A DNA stretch of 64,000 nt from an uncultured delta proteobacterium. GTDB lineage: Bacteria; Myxococcota_A; Polyangia; Polyangiales; Polyangiaceae. The stretch lies in assembly GCA_963806225.1 (NCBI GenBank), contig CAWDXG010000003.1, forward strand, positions 271,723-335,722. The letters run 5' to 3'. The position numbers and the translations under genes were made by a program. The notes beneath the pieces were generated by a model. It made no database searches, was not told the origin of the DNA, and saw only the letters and a list, made by a program, of their open reading frames with translations. Of the stretch, positions 32,064 to 42,226 are shown piece after piece (the first letter of the stretch is position 1; every line of letters starts with the position of its first letter).

Positions 32064-33152
32064 ATGAAGTTCCTCTCGACGGTCCCCGCATATCTGGTCG
32101 CGTGCGCGCTCGCGCTCTCTGCCATGCCCGCCGCGGCCGGCCCCTCGCCAAGCTCGCCGGCCGCACGCAAGCAGGCCCGCGCACTGTTCGAGAAGGGCAA
32201 GCAGCTCGGCAGGACGAACGACTGGCAGGGCGCCCATGCTGCGCTGGAACAATCGTTCGACCTCCGGCCCTCGCACGACACCGCCGCCGACCTGGCCTAC
32301 GCCGCGAGCAGGCTCGGCAGGTTCGCCGAAGCCGCCCGCCGCGCCTCGTACGCCCTCGCGCACATGCCGACGGGCGAAGCCGAGAGCAAGCGGAACGCGG
32401 TGAAGAAGATCCTCGACGGCGCCAAACAGCACGTCGCCAGCGTGCAGCTGAGCGCCGATCCGCCCGATGCCGACATCTCCGTCGACGGCACGTCGGTCGG
32501 CGCCGCCTCGGAGCTGGAGGGCCCCGTGTTCCTCGATCCCGGGACGCACGCGATCGCAGCGCGCGCCGACGGCTACAAGTCGCAGAGCCGCAGTGTCGAT
32601 GCGAAAGAAGGCGCGACGGATGCCATCGCGTTGAAGCTCGAGCGCGCGGCTCCGCTAGCTCCGCCCACCTCCGCTGCCGTGCCCGGCAGCCAGCTCGGCG
32701 CGTCCCACCCGTCCAGCGCAGGCCCCAGCGGCGACACGGGAGCGAAGCCTCCCCCGCCGCACGCGTCACACCCGCTGTGGCCAGCGCTGGTCGGCGGCGG
32801 CGTCGCCGTCGCGGGGCTCGCAACCGGCATCGGCCTGTCGCTGGCGGCGTCGTCCGCAAGCTCGGACCACGATGCGAAGCTGGCGGCTCTCGGGGGTTCC
32901 AACCCGTGCGGCGCTGGAACGCCCAACGCGAGCGCCTGCTCGGAGATCAGTCGCCTCGGTTCGACGGCCGCGCGCGACCGGAACATCGCGACAGCGGGCT
33001 TCATCGTCGGCGGCGTGTCCGCCGTGGCCACCGTCGTCTACCTGCTCTGGCCACGCAGCAACACATCAGCCCGCTCGTCGTCGACCGGCGTGCGCGTGAG
33101 CGCCGCTCTTCGACCCGACTTCGGCGGTCTTGAAGTGGGTGGCAGCTTCTGA
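32064..33152 (+). CDS. TPR + PEGA domain protein
   Basis: Signal peptide, ARALFEKG TPR-like helices, PEGA-like ADISVDG...LDPGTHAIAARADGY, C-terminal GGLEVGGSF. Confidence 0.85.
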   Translation: MKFLSTVPAYLVACALALSAMPAAAGPSPSSPAARKQARALFEKGKQLGRTNDWQGAHAALEQSFDLRPSHDTAADLAYAASRLGRFAEAARRASYALAHMPTGEAESKRNAVKKILDGAKQHVASVQLSADPPDADISVDGTSVGAASELEGPVFLDPGTHAIAARADGYKSQSRSVDAKEGATDAIALKLERAAPLAPPTSAAVPGSQLGASHPSSAGPSGDTGAKPPPPHASHPLWPALVGGGVAVAGLATGIGLSLAASSASSDHDAKLAALGGSNPCGAGTPNASACSEISRLGSTAARDRNIATAGFIVGGVSAVATVVYLLWPRSNTSARSSSTGVRVSAALRPDFGGLEVGGSF

Positions 33153-33173
33153 AGGAACCTGGAGGAACCGACA

Positions 33174-34724
33174 ATGCGAAATACCTTGCTTGGCGCGGCA
33201 GTCTGCGGGCTCGTCGCCACCGTTTGTGCTTCGACCATCTCGTGTAGCTCCACGAGCTGCGCCGACAACGGCTCCTGCGGCCACTACGCCGGCCCCGACG
33301 CCGGCGGCAGCGGCGGCACTGCCGGCAGCGGCGGCGCAGCAGGCGCCGACGGCGGTGGCGGCACTTCGGGAACGGCCGGCAGCGGAGGCACGGCTGGCAG
33401 CGCCGGCAGCGACGGCGGGAAGTGCGATACGAGCAAGGCGCCCGGCCAGGAGCCGTGTCTCGTCGACGACCAGTACGCGGTGTTCGTGGACGGAACGGCG
33501 GCCGGCGGGGGCGACGGCAGCAAGGCGAGCCCGTTCAACAAGATCGGAGACGCCGTCGCCGCTGCGGGCACGAAGCTCGTCCTGGTGTGCGACACAACCT
33601 ACGACGAGCAGGTGAAGCTGACCGGCGGCGTCCACATCTACGGCGGCTTCTCGTGCAGCGACTGGAGCTACGAGACGGGCAAGCGCGCTGTCGTGGCTCC
33701 GACCGCGAAGGGCTACGCGCTGGAAGTCGACAGCGTGACCGCTCCGATCGTGATCGAGGACATGGAGTTCGACGCCCAGGACGCGAGCGCGGCGGGGACA
33801 AGCAGCGTGGCGGGGTTCGTGCACGGTTCCAGCAACGTCGCACTGCATCGCGACAAGCTCGTCGCGGGCAAGGGCGCCGCGGGCAAGAGCGGTGTGCTCA
33901 AGAAGCTGACGTATCCGACGCAGGCGCAGCTGGACGGGAACAGCGCCAACCTGCTCGCAGGTGGGGCGCTGAAGCAATGCAGCTGTCCTGCTGGGGACCA
34001 GAGCCTCGGAGGGCGTGGCGGCGATGGGCCGACACCCCAGAATGGCAACCCCGGGCTACCGGATCTTGGGGGCGGAGCGGCCGGCAAGGCCGGGCAGTCG
34101 TGCTCCGGCAATCCCAGCGCCACCGGCGGGGACGGCAATCCCGCCCCCGCCGCGACCCCCGCGTCCGGCGCAGCGACCTCCGGAACTCTGGACGCCACGG
34201 GCTGGACGCCAACCGGCGGCTCCGACGCCAAGGCCGGCGGCCCTGGCCAGGGCGGCGGAGGCGGCGCGAGCACGGCCACCGGCGGCGGGGGCGGCGGCGG
34301 CTGCGGCGGCTGCGGCGGAGCGGGTGGCCCGGGCGGCGGAGGCGGCGGCGCGTCGATCGCGCTGATGGTGCTCGACTCGACCGTGAGCGTGGACGCCGGC
34401 AGCGAGCTGGTCACGTCCGACGCAGGCGCCGGTGGAAAGGGTGCGGCAGGACAGGCCGGGCAGACGATTTTCGGCGCCCATGGGAACGGCAGCTCGACTG
34501 CATGTGCCGGTGGCAACGGCGGCCCTGGCGGCGATGGCGGTGCCGGTGGCGGCGGCGCCGGCGGACTCAGCGTGGCGGTCCTGTGGATGGGCAGCGCCGC
34601 CCCGACCCTCGACACCGGCGCCACGATCACGCTCGGCGCGAAGGGCGCAGCGGGCCAGGGCGGCAAGGCCGGCACCAACGACGGCGTCGACGGCGTGGCG
34701 CAGAACGTGCTGGAGGTGAAGTGA
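33174..34724 (+). CDS. Gly-rich (PGRS-like) surface lipoprotein, copy 1
   Basis: Signal peptide/Cys, VFVDG...GDGSKASPF, IYGGFSC, long Gly-rich tracts. Confidence 0.85.
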   Translation: MRNTLLGAAVCGLVATVCASTISCSSTSCADNGSCGHYAGPDAGGSGGTAGSGGAAGADGGGGTSGTAGSGGTAGSAGSDGGKCDTSKAPGQEPCLVDDQYAVFVDGTAAGGGDGSKASPFNKIGDAVAAAGTKLVLVCDTTYDEQVKLTGGVHIYGGFSCSDWSYETGKRAVVAPTAKGYALEVDSVTAPIVIEDMEFDAQDASAAGTSSVAGFVHGSSNVALHRDKLVAGKGAAGKSGVLKKLTYPTQAQLDGNSANLLAGGALKQCSCPAGDQSLGGRGGDGPTPQNGNPGLPDLGGGAAGKAGQSCSGNPSATGGDGNPAPAATPASGAATSGTLDATGWTPTGGSDAKAGGPGQGGGGGASTATGGGGGGGCGGCGGAGGPGGGGGGASIALMVLDSTVSVDAGSELVTSDAGAGGKGAAGQAGQTIFGAHGNGSSTACAGGNGGPGGDGGAGGGGAGGLSVAVLWMGSAAPTLDTGATITLGAKGAAGQGGKAGTNDGVDGVAQNVLEVK

Positions 34725-36247
34725 CGCGGTTGCGATCCGGGACGTGCGCTCTCGTCGTAGTAGCTCTCGTGCTCGGCGCGAGCGGCTGCTCGGGGAGCGA
34801 TTTCGCGAGCAGTCCCGGCGACGCCGGCGGCAGCGGCGGCACTGCCGGCAGCGGCGGCACAGCGGGCGCCGACGGCGGTGGCGGCACTTCGGGAACGGCC
34901 GGCAGCGGAGGCACAGCCGGCAGCGCCGGCAGCGACGGCGGGAAGTGCGATACGAGCAAGGCGCCCGGCCAGGAGCCGTGTCTCGTCGACGACCAGTACG
35001 CGGTGTTCGTGGACGGAACGGCGGCCGGCGGGGGCGACGGCAGCAAGGCGAGCCCGTTCAACAAGATCGGAGACGCCGTCGCCGCTGCGGGCACGAAGCT
35101 CGTCCTGGTGTGCGACACCACCTACGACGAGCAGGTGAAGCTGACCGGCGGCGTCCACATCTACGGCGGCTTCTCGTGCAGCGACTGGAGCTACGAGACG
35201 GGCAAGCGCGCTGTCGTGGCTCCGACCGCGAAGGGCTACGCGCTGGAAGTCGACAGCGTGACCGCTCCGATCGTGATCGAGGACATGGAGTTCGACGCCC
35301 AGGACGCGAGCGCGGCGGGGACAAGCAGCGTGGCGGGGTTCGTGCACGGTTCCAGCAACGTCGCACTGCATCGCGACAAGCTCGTCGCGGGCAAGGGCGC
35401 CGCGGGCAAGAGCGGTGTGCTCAAGAAGCTGACGTATCCGACGCAGGCGCAGCTGGACGGGAACAGCGCGGTCACGATAGCAGGCGGCGGCCCGAAGCAA
35501 TGTACTTGCCCGGCTGGCGATAAGACCACTGGCGGAGCTGGCGGAAACGCACCGACACCCCAGAATGGCAACCCCGGGCTACCGGATCTTGGGGGCGGAG
35601 CGGCCGGCAAGGCCGGGCAACCCTGCACCGCGAACCCACCCGGCGGCGGTAGCGACGGCAATCCCGCCCCCGCCGCGACCCCCGCGTCCGGCGCAGCGAC
35701 CTCCGGAACTCTGGACGCCACGGGCTGGACGCCAACCGGCGGCTCCGACGCCAAGGCCGGCGGCCCTGGCCAGGGCGGCGGAGGCGGCGCGAGCACCGCC
35801 ACCGGTGGCGGAGGCGGCGGCGGCTGCGGCGGCTGCGGCGGAGCGGGTGGCCCGGGCGGCGGAGGCGGCGGCGCGTCGATCGCGCTGATGGTGCTCGACT
35901 CGACCGTGAGCGTGGACGCCGGCAGCGAGCTGGTCACGTCCGACGCGGGCGCCGGTGGAAAGGGTGCGGCAGGACAGGCCGGGCAGACGATCGTTGGCGC
36001 AGGAGGCAACAAGTACAGCACGGCCTGCGGCGGTGGCAACGGCGGCCCTGGCGGCGATGGCGGTGCCGGTGGCGGCGGCGCCGGCGGACTCAGCGTGGCG
36101 GTCCTGTGGATGGGCAGCGCCGCCCCGACCCTCGACACCGGCGCCACGATCACGCTCGGCGCGAAGGGCGCAGCGGGCCAGGGCGGCAAGGCCGGCACCA
36201 ACGACGGCGTCGACGGCGTGGCGCAGAACGTGCTGGAGGTGAAGTGA
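34721..36247 (+). CDS. Gly-rich (PGRS-like) surface lipoprotein, copy 2
   Basis: GTG overlapping the stop of copy 1; lipobox GASGC; near-identical to copy 1 except the N-terminus and three patches. Confidence 0.85.
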   Translation: MTRLRSGTCALVVVALVLGASGCSGSDFASSPGDAGGSGGTAGSGGTAGADGGGGTSGTAGSGGTAGSAGSDGGKCDTSKAPGQEPCLVDDQYAVFVDGTAAGGGDGSKASPFNKIGDAVAAAGTKLVLVCDTTYDEQVKLTGGVHIYGGFSCSDWSYETGKRAVVAPTAKGYALEVDSVTAPIVIEDMEFDAQDASAAGTSSVAGFVHGSSNVALHRDKLVAGKGAAGKSGVLKKLTYPTQAQLDGNSAVTIAGGGPKQCTCPAGDKTTGGAGGNAPTPQNGNPGLPDLGGGAAGKAGQPCTANPPGGGSDGNPAPAATPASGAATSGTLDATGWTPTGGSDAKAGGPGQGGGGGASTATGGGGGGGCGGCGGAGGPGGGGGGASIALMVLDSTVSVDAGSELVTSDAGAGGKGAAGQAGQTIVGAGGNKYSTACGGGNGGPGGDGGAGGGGAGGLSVAVLWMGSAAPTLDTGATITLGAKGAAGQGGKAGTNDGVDGVAQNVLEVK

Positions 36248-36329
36248 TCGGCAGCCACGACCGCTAGCCGGGCCACCCGCCCTGGACACCTCCGCGAAGT
36301 GCTGCTTCGCGGCATGCACGCCGGAGTCG

Positions 36330-36586
36330 ATCCCGCGGGCATCTTCCTCTCCAAGCCCGGGCTCGCGCCCCGAGATGCCCGCCGTACGCGCCTTACGGGC
36401 ATTTTCCCCGACAAGCCCGCGCTTGCGCCCCGAAATACCCGCCCGAACGTCGCTTCGCCGGATCTGCCGCCCCCTGTTCCATGGGCTGCCCCCGCGCTGC
36501 CCGTCACTTCGCGGTGCGCCGCGCTGCCCGTCACTTCGCGGTGCGCCGCGCTGCCCGTCACTTCGCGCCAGCGCCGCGCTGGCGCG
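36330..36586 (+). repeat. Degenerate family B units plus partial type 1 element with a 27-bp triplication
   Basis: Matches 22350-22500 (AACGTCGCTTCGCCGGATCTGCCGCCCCCTGTTCCATGGGCTGCCCCCGCGCTGCCCGTCACTTCGCGGTGCGCC). Confidence 0.8.
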
Positions 36587-36749
36587 CCGCATCTACCTCC
36601 TCGCCCAGGGCCGCCTCGTCGGCGAGGGCACCCCCCGCGAGCTCGTCGACATGAAGACCGGCCTCGCCGCCGACTTCTTCGAAGCGAGCGGCATCGCCGC
36701 CGAGCAGCTCGTGGAAACGCCCGACACTGGCGTGAAGTACCGGGAGTAG
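36587..36749 (+). pseudogene. Duplicated 3' end (163 bp) of the mlaF-like gene
   Basis: RIYLLAQGRLVGEGTPRELVDMKTGLAADFFEASGIAAEQLVETPDTGVKYRE* matches 23382-23544 with mostly synonymous differences. Confidence 0.92.
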
Positions 36750-36751
36750 GC

Positions 36752-37850
36752 GCGCTCGCCGACATTTTCCCGCTCAAGCCGCAGCTTGACCGGCATTGTG
36801 TCGGCCGCACCGACATTTTCCGGCCCAAGCCGCAGCTTCGAGCCCATTGTGTCGGCCGCACCGACATTTTCCGCCCCTTGCTATAGCTTGACGCCCATGT
36901 TGTCGGCCTCGCCGACATTTCCCGGCCCAAGCCGCAGCTTCGAGCCCATTGTGTCGGCCGCACCGACATTTTCCGGCCCAAGCCGCAGCTTCGAGCCCAT
37001 TGTGTCGGCCGCACCGACATTTTCCGGCCCAAGCCGCAGCTTCGAGCCCATTGTGTCGGCCGCACCGACATTTTCCGCCCCTTGCTATAGCTTGACGCCC
37101 ATGTTGTCGGCCTCGCCGACATTTTCCGGCCCAAGCCGCAGCTTCGAGCCCATTGTGTCGGCCGCACCGACATTTTCCGCCCCTTGCTATAGCTTCGAGC
37201 CCATTGTGTCGGCCGCACCGACATTTTCCCGCTCAAGCCGCAGCTTGACCGGCATTGTGTCGGCCTCGCCGACATTTTCCGGCCCAAGCCGCAGCTTCGA
37301 GCCCATTGTGTCGGCCGCACCGACATTTTCCGCCCCTTGCTATAGCTTGACGCCCATGTTGTCGGCCTCGCCGACATTTTCCGGCCCAAGCCGCAGCTTC
37401 GAGCCCATTCTGTCGGCCGCACCGACATTTTCCGCCCCTTGCTATAGCTTGACGCCCATGTTGTCGGCCTCGCCGACATTTCCCGGCTCATGCCGCGGCT
37501 TCGAGCCCATTGTGTCGGCCGCACCGACATTTTCCGGCCCATGCTACAGCTTCGAGCCCATTGTGTCGGCCGCACCGACATTTTCCGCCCCTTGCTACAG
37601 CTTGACGCCATTGTTGTCGGCCGCGCCGACATTTTCCGGCCCAAGCCGCAGCTTCGAGCCCATTGTGTCGGCCGCGCCGACATTTTCCGCCCCTTGCTAT
37701 AGCTTGACGCCCATGTTGTCGGCCTCGCCGACATTTTCGTCGCCAAGCCGCAGCTTCGACCCCATCTTGTCGGCCAAGCCGACATTTTCCGGCCCAAGCC
37801 GCAGCTTCGCGCGCTTCATGTCGGCCGCGCCGACATTTCCGCCCCCTTGC
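36752..37850. repeat. 51-bp array (family A), ~21 units
   Basis: Same unit types as 23548-24710. Confidence 0.95.
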
Positions 37851-37886
37851 TTCGCCCCCGATCGTCGGGCTCGCACGCCGCCGCCG

Positions 37887-38285
37887 TCAACGCTGCGTCG
37901 GGATCCGGAACGCGCAGCGCGGTCCTGGCGCCTGGCCCAGCCGGATGTCCAGCGTCGCGAGGTCGGCATCGAGAGCTTCGGCGAGCGCCACGTACCAGGC
38001 GTCGTAGGCGGTAACGCTGTCACGCAGCTCCCACACGCGCTCGGCGAACGGTGCGTAGGGAAAGAGCTGCACAGGCAGATCGAGTAGATCCGCATGCGCC
38101 AGCGCAGCCGTGTCGGCAGCGATGTCACCGGCGAGGACGCTGCGGCGGAGGATGTTGGCCACCTCGACCGGCATCACGTGCGGCGCCGCGAGCGCATCTT
38201 CGCCGAGCACCGCGTCCGCCCAGCTGCCGTCGGCGCCGCTGTCGACGAGCGCCGCAACGGCCAGCGACGCGTCGATCACGAGCAT
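37887..38285 (-). CDS. vapC: VapC family PIN toxin
   Basis: MLVIDAS, EVANILRR, TAYDAWYVALAE, LATLD. Confidence 0.92.
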   Translation of the reverse strand: MLVIDASLAVAALVDSGADGSWADAVLGEDALAAPHVMPVEVANILRRSVLAGDIAADTAALAHADLLDLPVQLFPYAPFAERVWELRDSVTAYDAWYVALAEALDADLATLDIRLGQAPGPRCAFRIPTQR

Positions 38286-38527
38286 CAGCGACGATCCGCG
38301 TCGCGGTGGGCGAGGATGCGCTTCTGCGACAGACGACTGCCCGTCCTGCCCTTGCGATCCCGGATCCGCGCGAGGACCGTCGCCGCATCCGGCCGACTCG
38401 CGAGCTCGACCAGCTGCGCGCGCAGGTACTCCTGCAGCGACTGCCCAGCGAGCGCGGCGCGCGCGGCGAGCTCGTCGCGCGTCTTGCCGGGCACGTTGCG
38501 GATGGTGATCGACGTGGTCGAAGCCAT
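38285..38527 (-). CDS. FitA/VapB-like ribbon-helix-helix antitoxin
   Basis: ITIRNVP...ELAARAALAGQSLQEYLR; coupled to vapC. Confidence 0.85.
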   Translation of the reverse strand: MASTTSITIRNVPGKTRDELAARAALAGQSLQEYLRAQLVELASRPDAATVLARIRDRKGRTGSRLSQKRILAHRDADRR

Positions 38528-38584
38528 GCAGCTAGATTGATGCTTGCAGCAGCAGAATGCAAGCAAGGCTCGCCGCAGCGAGTA

Positions 38585-38736
38585 GGGATGCTCCCCAGCG
38601 CTGGGCGTCGCTAGCTCGCCCGTCCGTCCTCGCTGGCGCTGCGGGCGGGCGGGGTCCCTCCGGCGCATGCTCGCCCGGCCAGCGCGCCGCGCGCTTCGCG
38701 ACTCGCCGGGCTGCGCGTGCGCGAGAGGTCCCGACG
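38585..38736 (+). repeat. Interspersed ~150-bp multi-hairpin element (type 2)
   Basis: GGGATGCTCCCC...GCCCGTCCG...CGGGCGGGC-GGGGTCCCTC...GCCCGGC...GCCGGGC...GAGAGGTCCC. Other copies at 42150, 48756, 49637, 51357, 51833/53954 and 54519. Confidence 0.88.
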
Positions 38737-38888
38737 CCGGCGGCGGCGGGAGCCGGAGTGGAGGGCGGAGCGGGAGCCGAGCCTCGCGGCTCGTCGAGCC
38801 TGCATCCGCGTTTCCAAGCCGCCTCCCGTGCGGCATAGTGCCGCCGCTCCGCCAGCGCGCTGCTCCGGCGCCGGGACCTCCACGCATC

Positions 38889-39956
38889 GTGACCGCCAAG
38901 CCTCCGCCGCCGACCCCTCCCCTCACCCTCGGCATCCTCGGCCTGGGCCGCTGGGGCCATCGCCTCGCCGCCGCGTTCGCGCGCACCGAACAGAGCCGCA
39001 TCCTCTGGCACTGCGACCCCGATCCCGCGCGCCTCGCCGCCGCGGAGCTGCCCGCCGGTGCGCGCCGCACCCCGCGCCACGAGGACGTGCTCGCCGATCC
39101 CGCCGTGCAGGCCGTCGTCATCGCCACTCCGCCCGCAACGCACGCTCCCCTCGCCCTCGAAGCCCTCGCCGCCGGCAAGCACGTCTTCGTCGAAAAGCCG
39201 ATGACCACCTCGCTGGCAAGCGCCGAAGAGCTCGTCGCCGCCGTCGAACGCACCGGCCTCACGCTCATGGTCGGGCACATCCTCACGTTCCATCCCGGGC
39301 ACATCGAACTGCGCAGGCTGGTGCGCGAAGGCGCAATCGGCCGCGTGCATACCGTCGCGTGTCAGCGCTGGTCACCCCGCCTAGGCCGCCCCGCCGACGA
39401 CGCGTGGTGGTCGCTCGCTGTGCACGACATGAGCGTGCTGGGGCAGCTGCTCGAGGGCGAGGCCGAGAGCGTGGAAGTGAGCGGCGAGAGGGCCCCCGGC
39501 AGCACCTGCTACGGGCGCGTGCGCGGCGAATTGCTCTATGCCGGCGGAGTGCGCGCGCAGCTCGAGGCGAGCACCGTCGACGAGGTGAAGCTGCGACGGA
39601 TACTCGTCGCGGGAGAGCGCGGAACGTTGGTGTTCGACGAGCAGGATGCGGAGCGTGGGATCGCGCTCTACGACCTTCCGCGCGCGCCGTTCGACTGCGG
39701 AGTTGCCTCGGCGTTCGCGATGCTCGACGACGCGCGTCTACGCGATCGCCACGTGGCGCCCCAGGCCGAGCCGCTCGCGCTCGAGCTCCGGCACTTCGTC
39801 GACTCGATGCTCGCCGGCACAGCACCGCGCTGCAATGCCCGCGAAGGCCTGCACACGATCCGCGCGCTCGAGCCCGGAACCCGGTCGCTCCGCTCCCCCA
39901 CACGTTCCGATCCGGAAACTGCGCCGCGTATCGCAGCGGTGCAGCCCGTGCACTGA
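38889..39956 (+). CDS. Gfo/Idh/MocA family oxidoreductase
   Basis: GILGLGRWG, VIATPPATH, GKHVFVEKP, LMVGH, SLAVHD. Confidence 0.9.
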   Translation: MTAKPPPPTPPLTLGILGLGRWGHRLAAAFARTEQSRILWHCDPDPARLAAAELPAGARRTPRHEDVLADPAVQAVVIATPPATHAPLALEALAAGKHVFVEKPMTTSLASAEELVAAVERTGLTLMVGHILTFHPGHIELRRLVREGAIGRVHTVACQRWSPRLGRPADDAWWSLAVHDMSVLGQLLEGEAESVEVSGERAPGSTCYGRVRGELLYAGGVRAQLEASTVDEVKLRRILVAGERGTLVFDEQDAERGIALYDLPRAPFDCGVASAFAMLDDARLRDRHVAPQAEPLALELRHFVDSMLAGTAPRCNAREGLHTIRALEPGTRSLRSPTRSDPETAPRIAAVQPVH

Positions 39957-40254
39957 CGCCGCGGTGCGCTGCGTGATTCCCAGCTGGTCCCTCTCGACGA
40001 GCTACTAGCGACGAGCTCGGCGAGGGCGCGGCTGCATTCAGTACTGGCTGGGTGACCGGGGTACGGCCAGACTGTGCGTCGTGCCCATGACCGCCACCGA
40101 CATTTCTGGAGTTCTGTTCAAAGCGTGGCTCGGTTCGAGCCCTCGGTGTGCGGCGACATGCCGGGCTGTCACCGCGTTGGCGCCGGGCGCGAGCCGGCCG
40201 ACGGGGAGCTGGCCGCGCCTTGCGCTCTGGTATAACCCGATTCATACTCGGACT

Positions 40255-40500
40255 GTGAAAACAGCCATCTCTGTTCCGGACGACGTGTTCAAGCAGGCAG
40301 AGCGCTACGCGAAGAAGCTCGGGGTGTCCCGCAGTGAGCTGTACACGCGGGCGGTGCGTCAGCTGATCGAAACGGAGCGGGACAGGGAGATCCTTGCGTC
40401 CTATGATCAGGCCTTCGGGTCCGATGCCGGCGACGACGACACCCGTTGGCTGAGGCGCAGCGCCGCGCGCGAAGCACTCGTTGAAGTCGAGTGGGAATGA
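40255..40500 (+). CDS. CopG/RHH antitoxin (MazE/ChpI-like)
   Basis: MKTAISVPDDVF...LGVSRSELY; extended -10-like TGGTATAAC just upstream. Confidence 0.85.
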   Translation: MKTAISVPDDVFKQAERYAKKLGVSRSELYTRAVRQLIETERDREILASYDQAFGSDAGDDDTRWLRRSAAREALVEVEWE

Positions 40501-40838
40501 AGCGCGGCGAGATCTGGTGGGCTGATCTGGGCGAGCCCCGGGGTTCGTCGCCGGCGCTGCGGCGCCCGGTTCTGGTCGTCCAGCATGATCTTCTCACCGC
40601 GTCCGCGCTGAACACGGTCATGGTCGTACCGCTCACGTCCAATGTGCGCCGCGCCCAGGCAGTGGGGAACGTGCTCCTACCCCCCGCCGAGACCGGGCTG
40701 GATCGCCCATCGGTTGCGTTGGTCTGCCAGGTGATGACGCTCGACAAGGATTACTTCGACGAGATCGTCGGCAGTCTCTCGCGCCGGGCGCGGCGAGCGG
40801 TGGACACGGGCTTGAAGCTGGCCCTGGCCTTGCCGTGA
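40497..40838 (+). CDS. mazF: PemK/MazF family toxin
   Basis: RGEIWWADL, RPVLVVQ, VVPLTSN, TGL..S. Confidence 0.92.
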   Translation: MKRGEIWWADLGEPRGSSPALRRPVLVVQHDLLTASALNTVMVVPLTSNVRRAQAVGNVLLPPAETGLDRPSVALVCQVMTLDKDYFDEIVGSLSRRARRAVDTGLKLALALP

Positions 40839-41178
40839 GTGCCGTGCTTCCTCTACCTCCGCGAGAGGTCCCTCCGGACCGGAGCGGGAGCGGGAGCCGG
40901 AGTGCGTCGCGTCGATCGAGACCGCGGGCGCGAGCCCAGTGGCTGGTAGGGATTTCTGTCGTGGCGTTCGGGACGACCCCTTCCACCCCTTCCTGGCTGC
41001 CGGGCCCGCCGTGCTCTTTCTTGCAACGGCGGTCGACCCGCACGTCCGCGCCTCGCCCGCCGACGCCAAGCCGGCAATAGCGCGTCCAACGGGCATTTCC
41101 ATGCGCTGGTTGAAACCAGAGCACTCGCGAGCGAGCCGCGCTGGTGATGCTCCCCATTGCGCGCGCGAAGCCGCGACT

Positions 41179-41655
41179 TCACGGCTTGCGGCGGAGCTCG
41201 TCCAGCAGGCTCTCGAGCTGGAGCAGCATCAGCTGGTCCTTGGGACGGGACAACTTCCGCTTCACGGCGATCAGCCGCTCCACGGACAGGACCCGGATCC
41301 GCGCGCCGGCCACGTCGAGCGCGGGCGCATCCGGCAGGAGTTCCTCGTAGCCGGTCGCTTCCTCGATCGTCCCGAGGACGTCCAGCACACCATGACGCGT
41401 GCGCAACAGCTTGTGCCCCGTCGAACGAAGATGCGTGACGTCCGGGCGTAGGTCACGTGCATCACCGCGAAAGCGCGCGTCGAGCTCGTCCAGCGCGCGC
41501 AGCAGGCGCTGCACGTTCGCTTCATCTTGCGCATAGACGACGTCGATGTCGTCGGTGTGGACCGGCGCGCCACGAAGCACCGCCGCCATCCCCCCAACCA
41601 CGATGAATTCCACGTCGTGGCGGACCAGCGTGAGCAGGATGTCAGCGAGCGCCAT
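41179..41655 (-). CDS. Nucleotidyltransferase-fold protein (DUF6036-like)
   Basis: FIVVGGMAA, TDDID, LDVL, LIAVK...RPKD. Confidence 0.8.
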   Translation of the reverse strand: MALADILLTLVRHDVEFIVVGGMAAVLRGAPVHTDDIDVVYAQDEANVQRLLRALDELDARFRGDARDLRPDVTHLRSTGHKLLRTRHGVLDVLGTIEEATGYEELLPDAPALDVAGARIRVLSVERLIAVKRKLSRPKDQLMLLQLESLLDELRRKP

Positions 41656-41896
41656 TGCCCGGCCCGGACGACCCGGACCGCCCGGACGACCCGGACCGCC
41701 CGCACGACCCGGACGACCCGGACTCCTCGGGCCTCACCAGCGCCAGGAACTCGAGCATCGCGTCCACGCAAGCCATGCGCGCGGCCGGTGTCATCGCCAA
41801 CCGATCGCGGATCAAGGTGAGATCCACCCCGCGCCAATCGTGCGTCGATTCGGCGCCGGCTGGCGTGTCGAGTGGGTGAAGTTCGAACTCCGCCAT
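41642..41896 (-). CDS. Small partner protein upstream of the nucleotidyltransferase
   Basis: GVDLTLIRDRLAMTPAAR; overlaps the downstream gene; 9-bp repeats at its 3' end. Confidence 0.6.
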   Translation of the reverse strand: MAEFELHPLDTPAGAESTHDWRGVDLTLIRDRLAMTPAARMACVDAMLEFLALVRPEESGSSGSCGRSGSSGRSGSSGPGNGAR

Positions 41897-42149
41897 CGCT
41901 TCGATGGTAGCACGCCGGCTCATGCACCCGGTCGGGCTAGACTGAAGTTCCACATTCTTGCACCGATCACGCGAATGGCACCGGCTGCCCAGCAATTTCG
42001 CGCACGCCCAACCAGCACAAAAACAGCCGGTTTTGGCACCGGAAAATTGCTGTGTATACAAAGCATATTTTGCCGGCGCGCATGGGCACACCGCCGGAGC
42101 CGAGATCCGCACGTCCGCGCCCCCTTTCGAGCCGGCTGACGATGGAGAG

Positions 42150-42207
42150 TGATGCTCCCCCGCGCTGCGCGGCGCGGTAGCGCCCGTCCGTGCTCGCTGC
42201 GCTCCGC
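42150..42207 (+). repeat. Partial type 2 element
   Basis: TGATGCTCCCCCGCGCTGC...GCGCCCGTCCGTGCTCGCTGCGCT. Confidence 0.7.
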
Positions 42208-42226
42208 CGTCTCCTACCGTCAGGCA

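Noticed and set aside
33174..36247. Diversity-generating retroelement (TR/VR) explanation for the twin lipoproteins
   Set aside because: Differences include many non-adenine and synonymous changes, and the only RT is a group II intron maturase inside its own intron.
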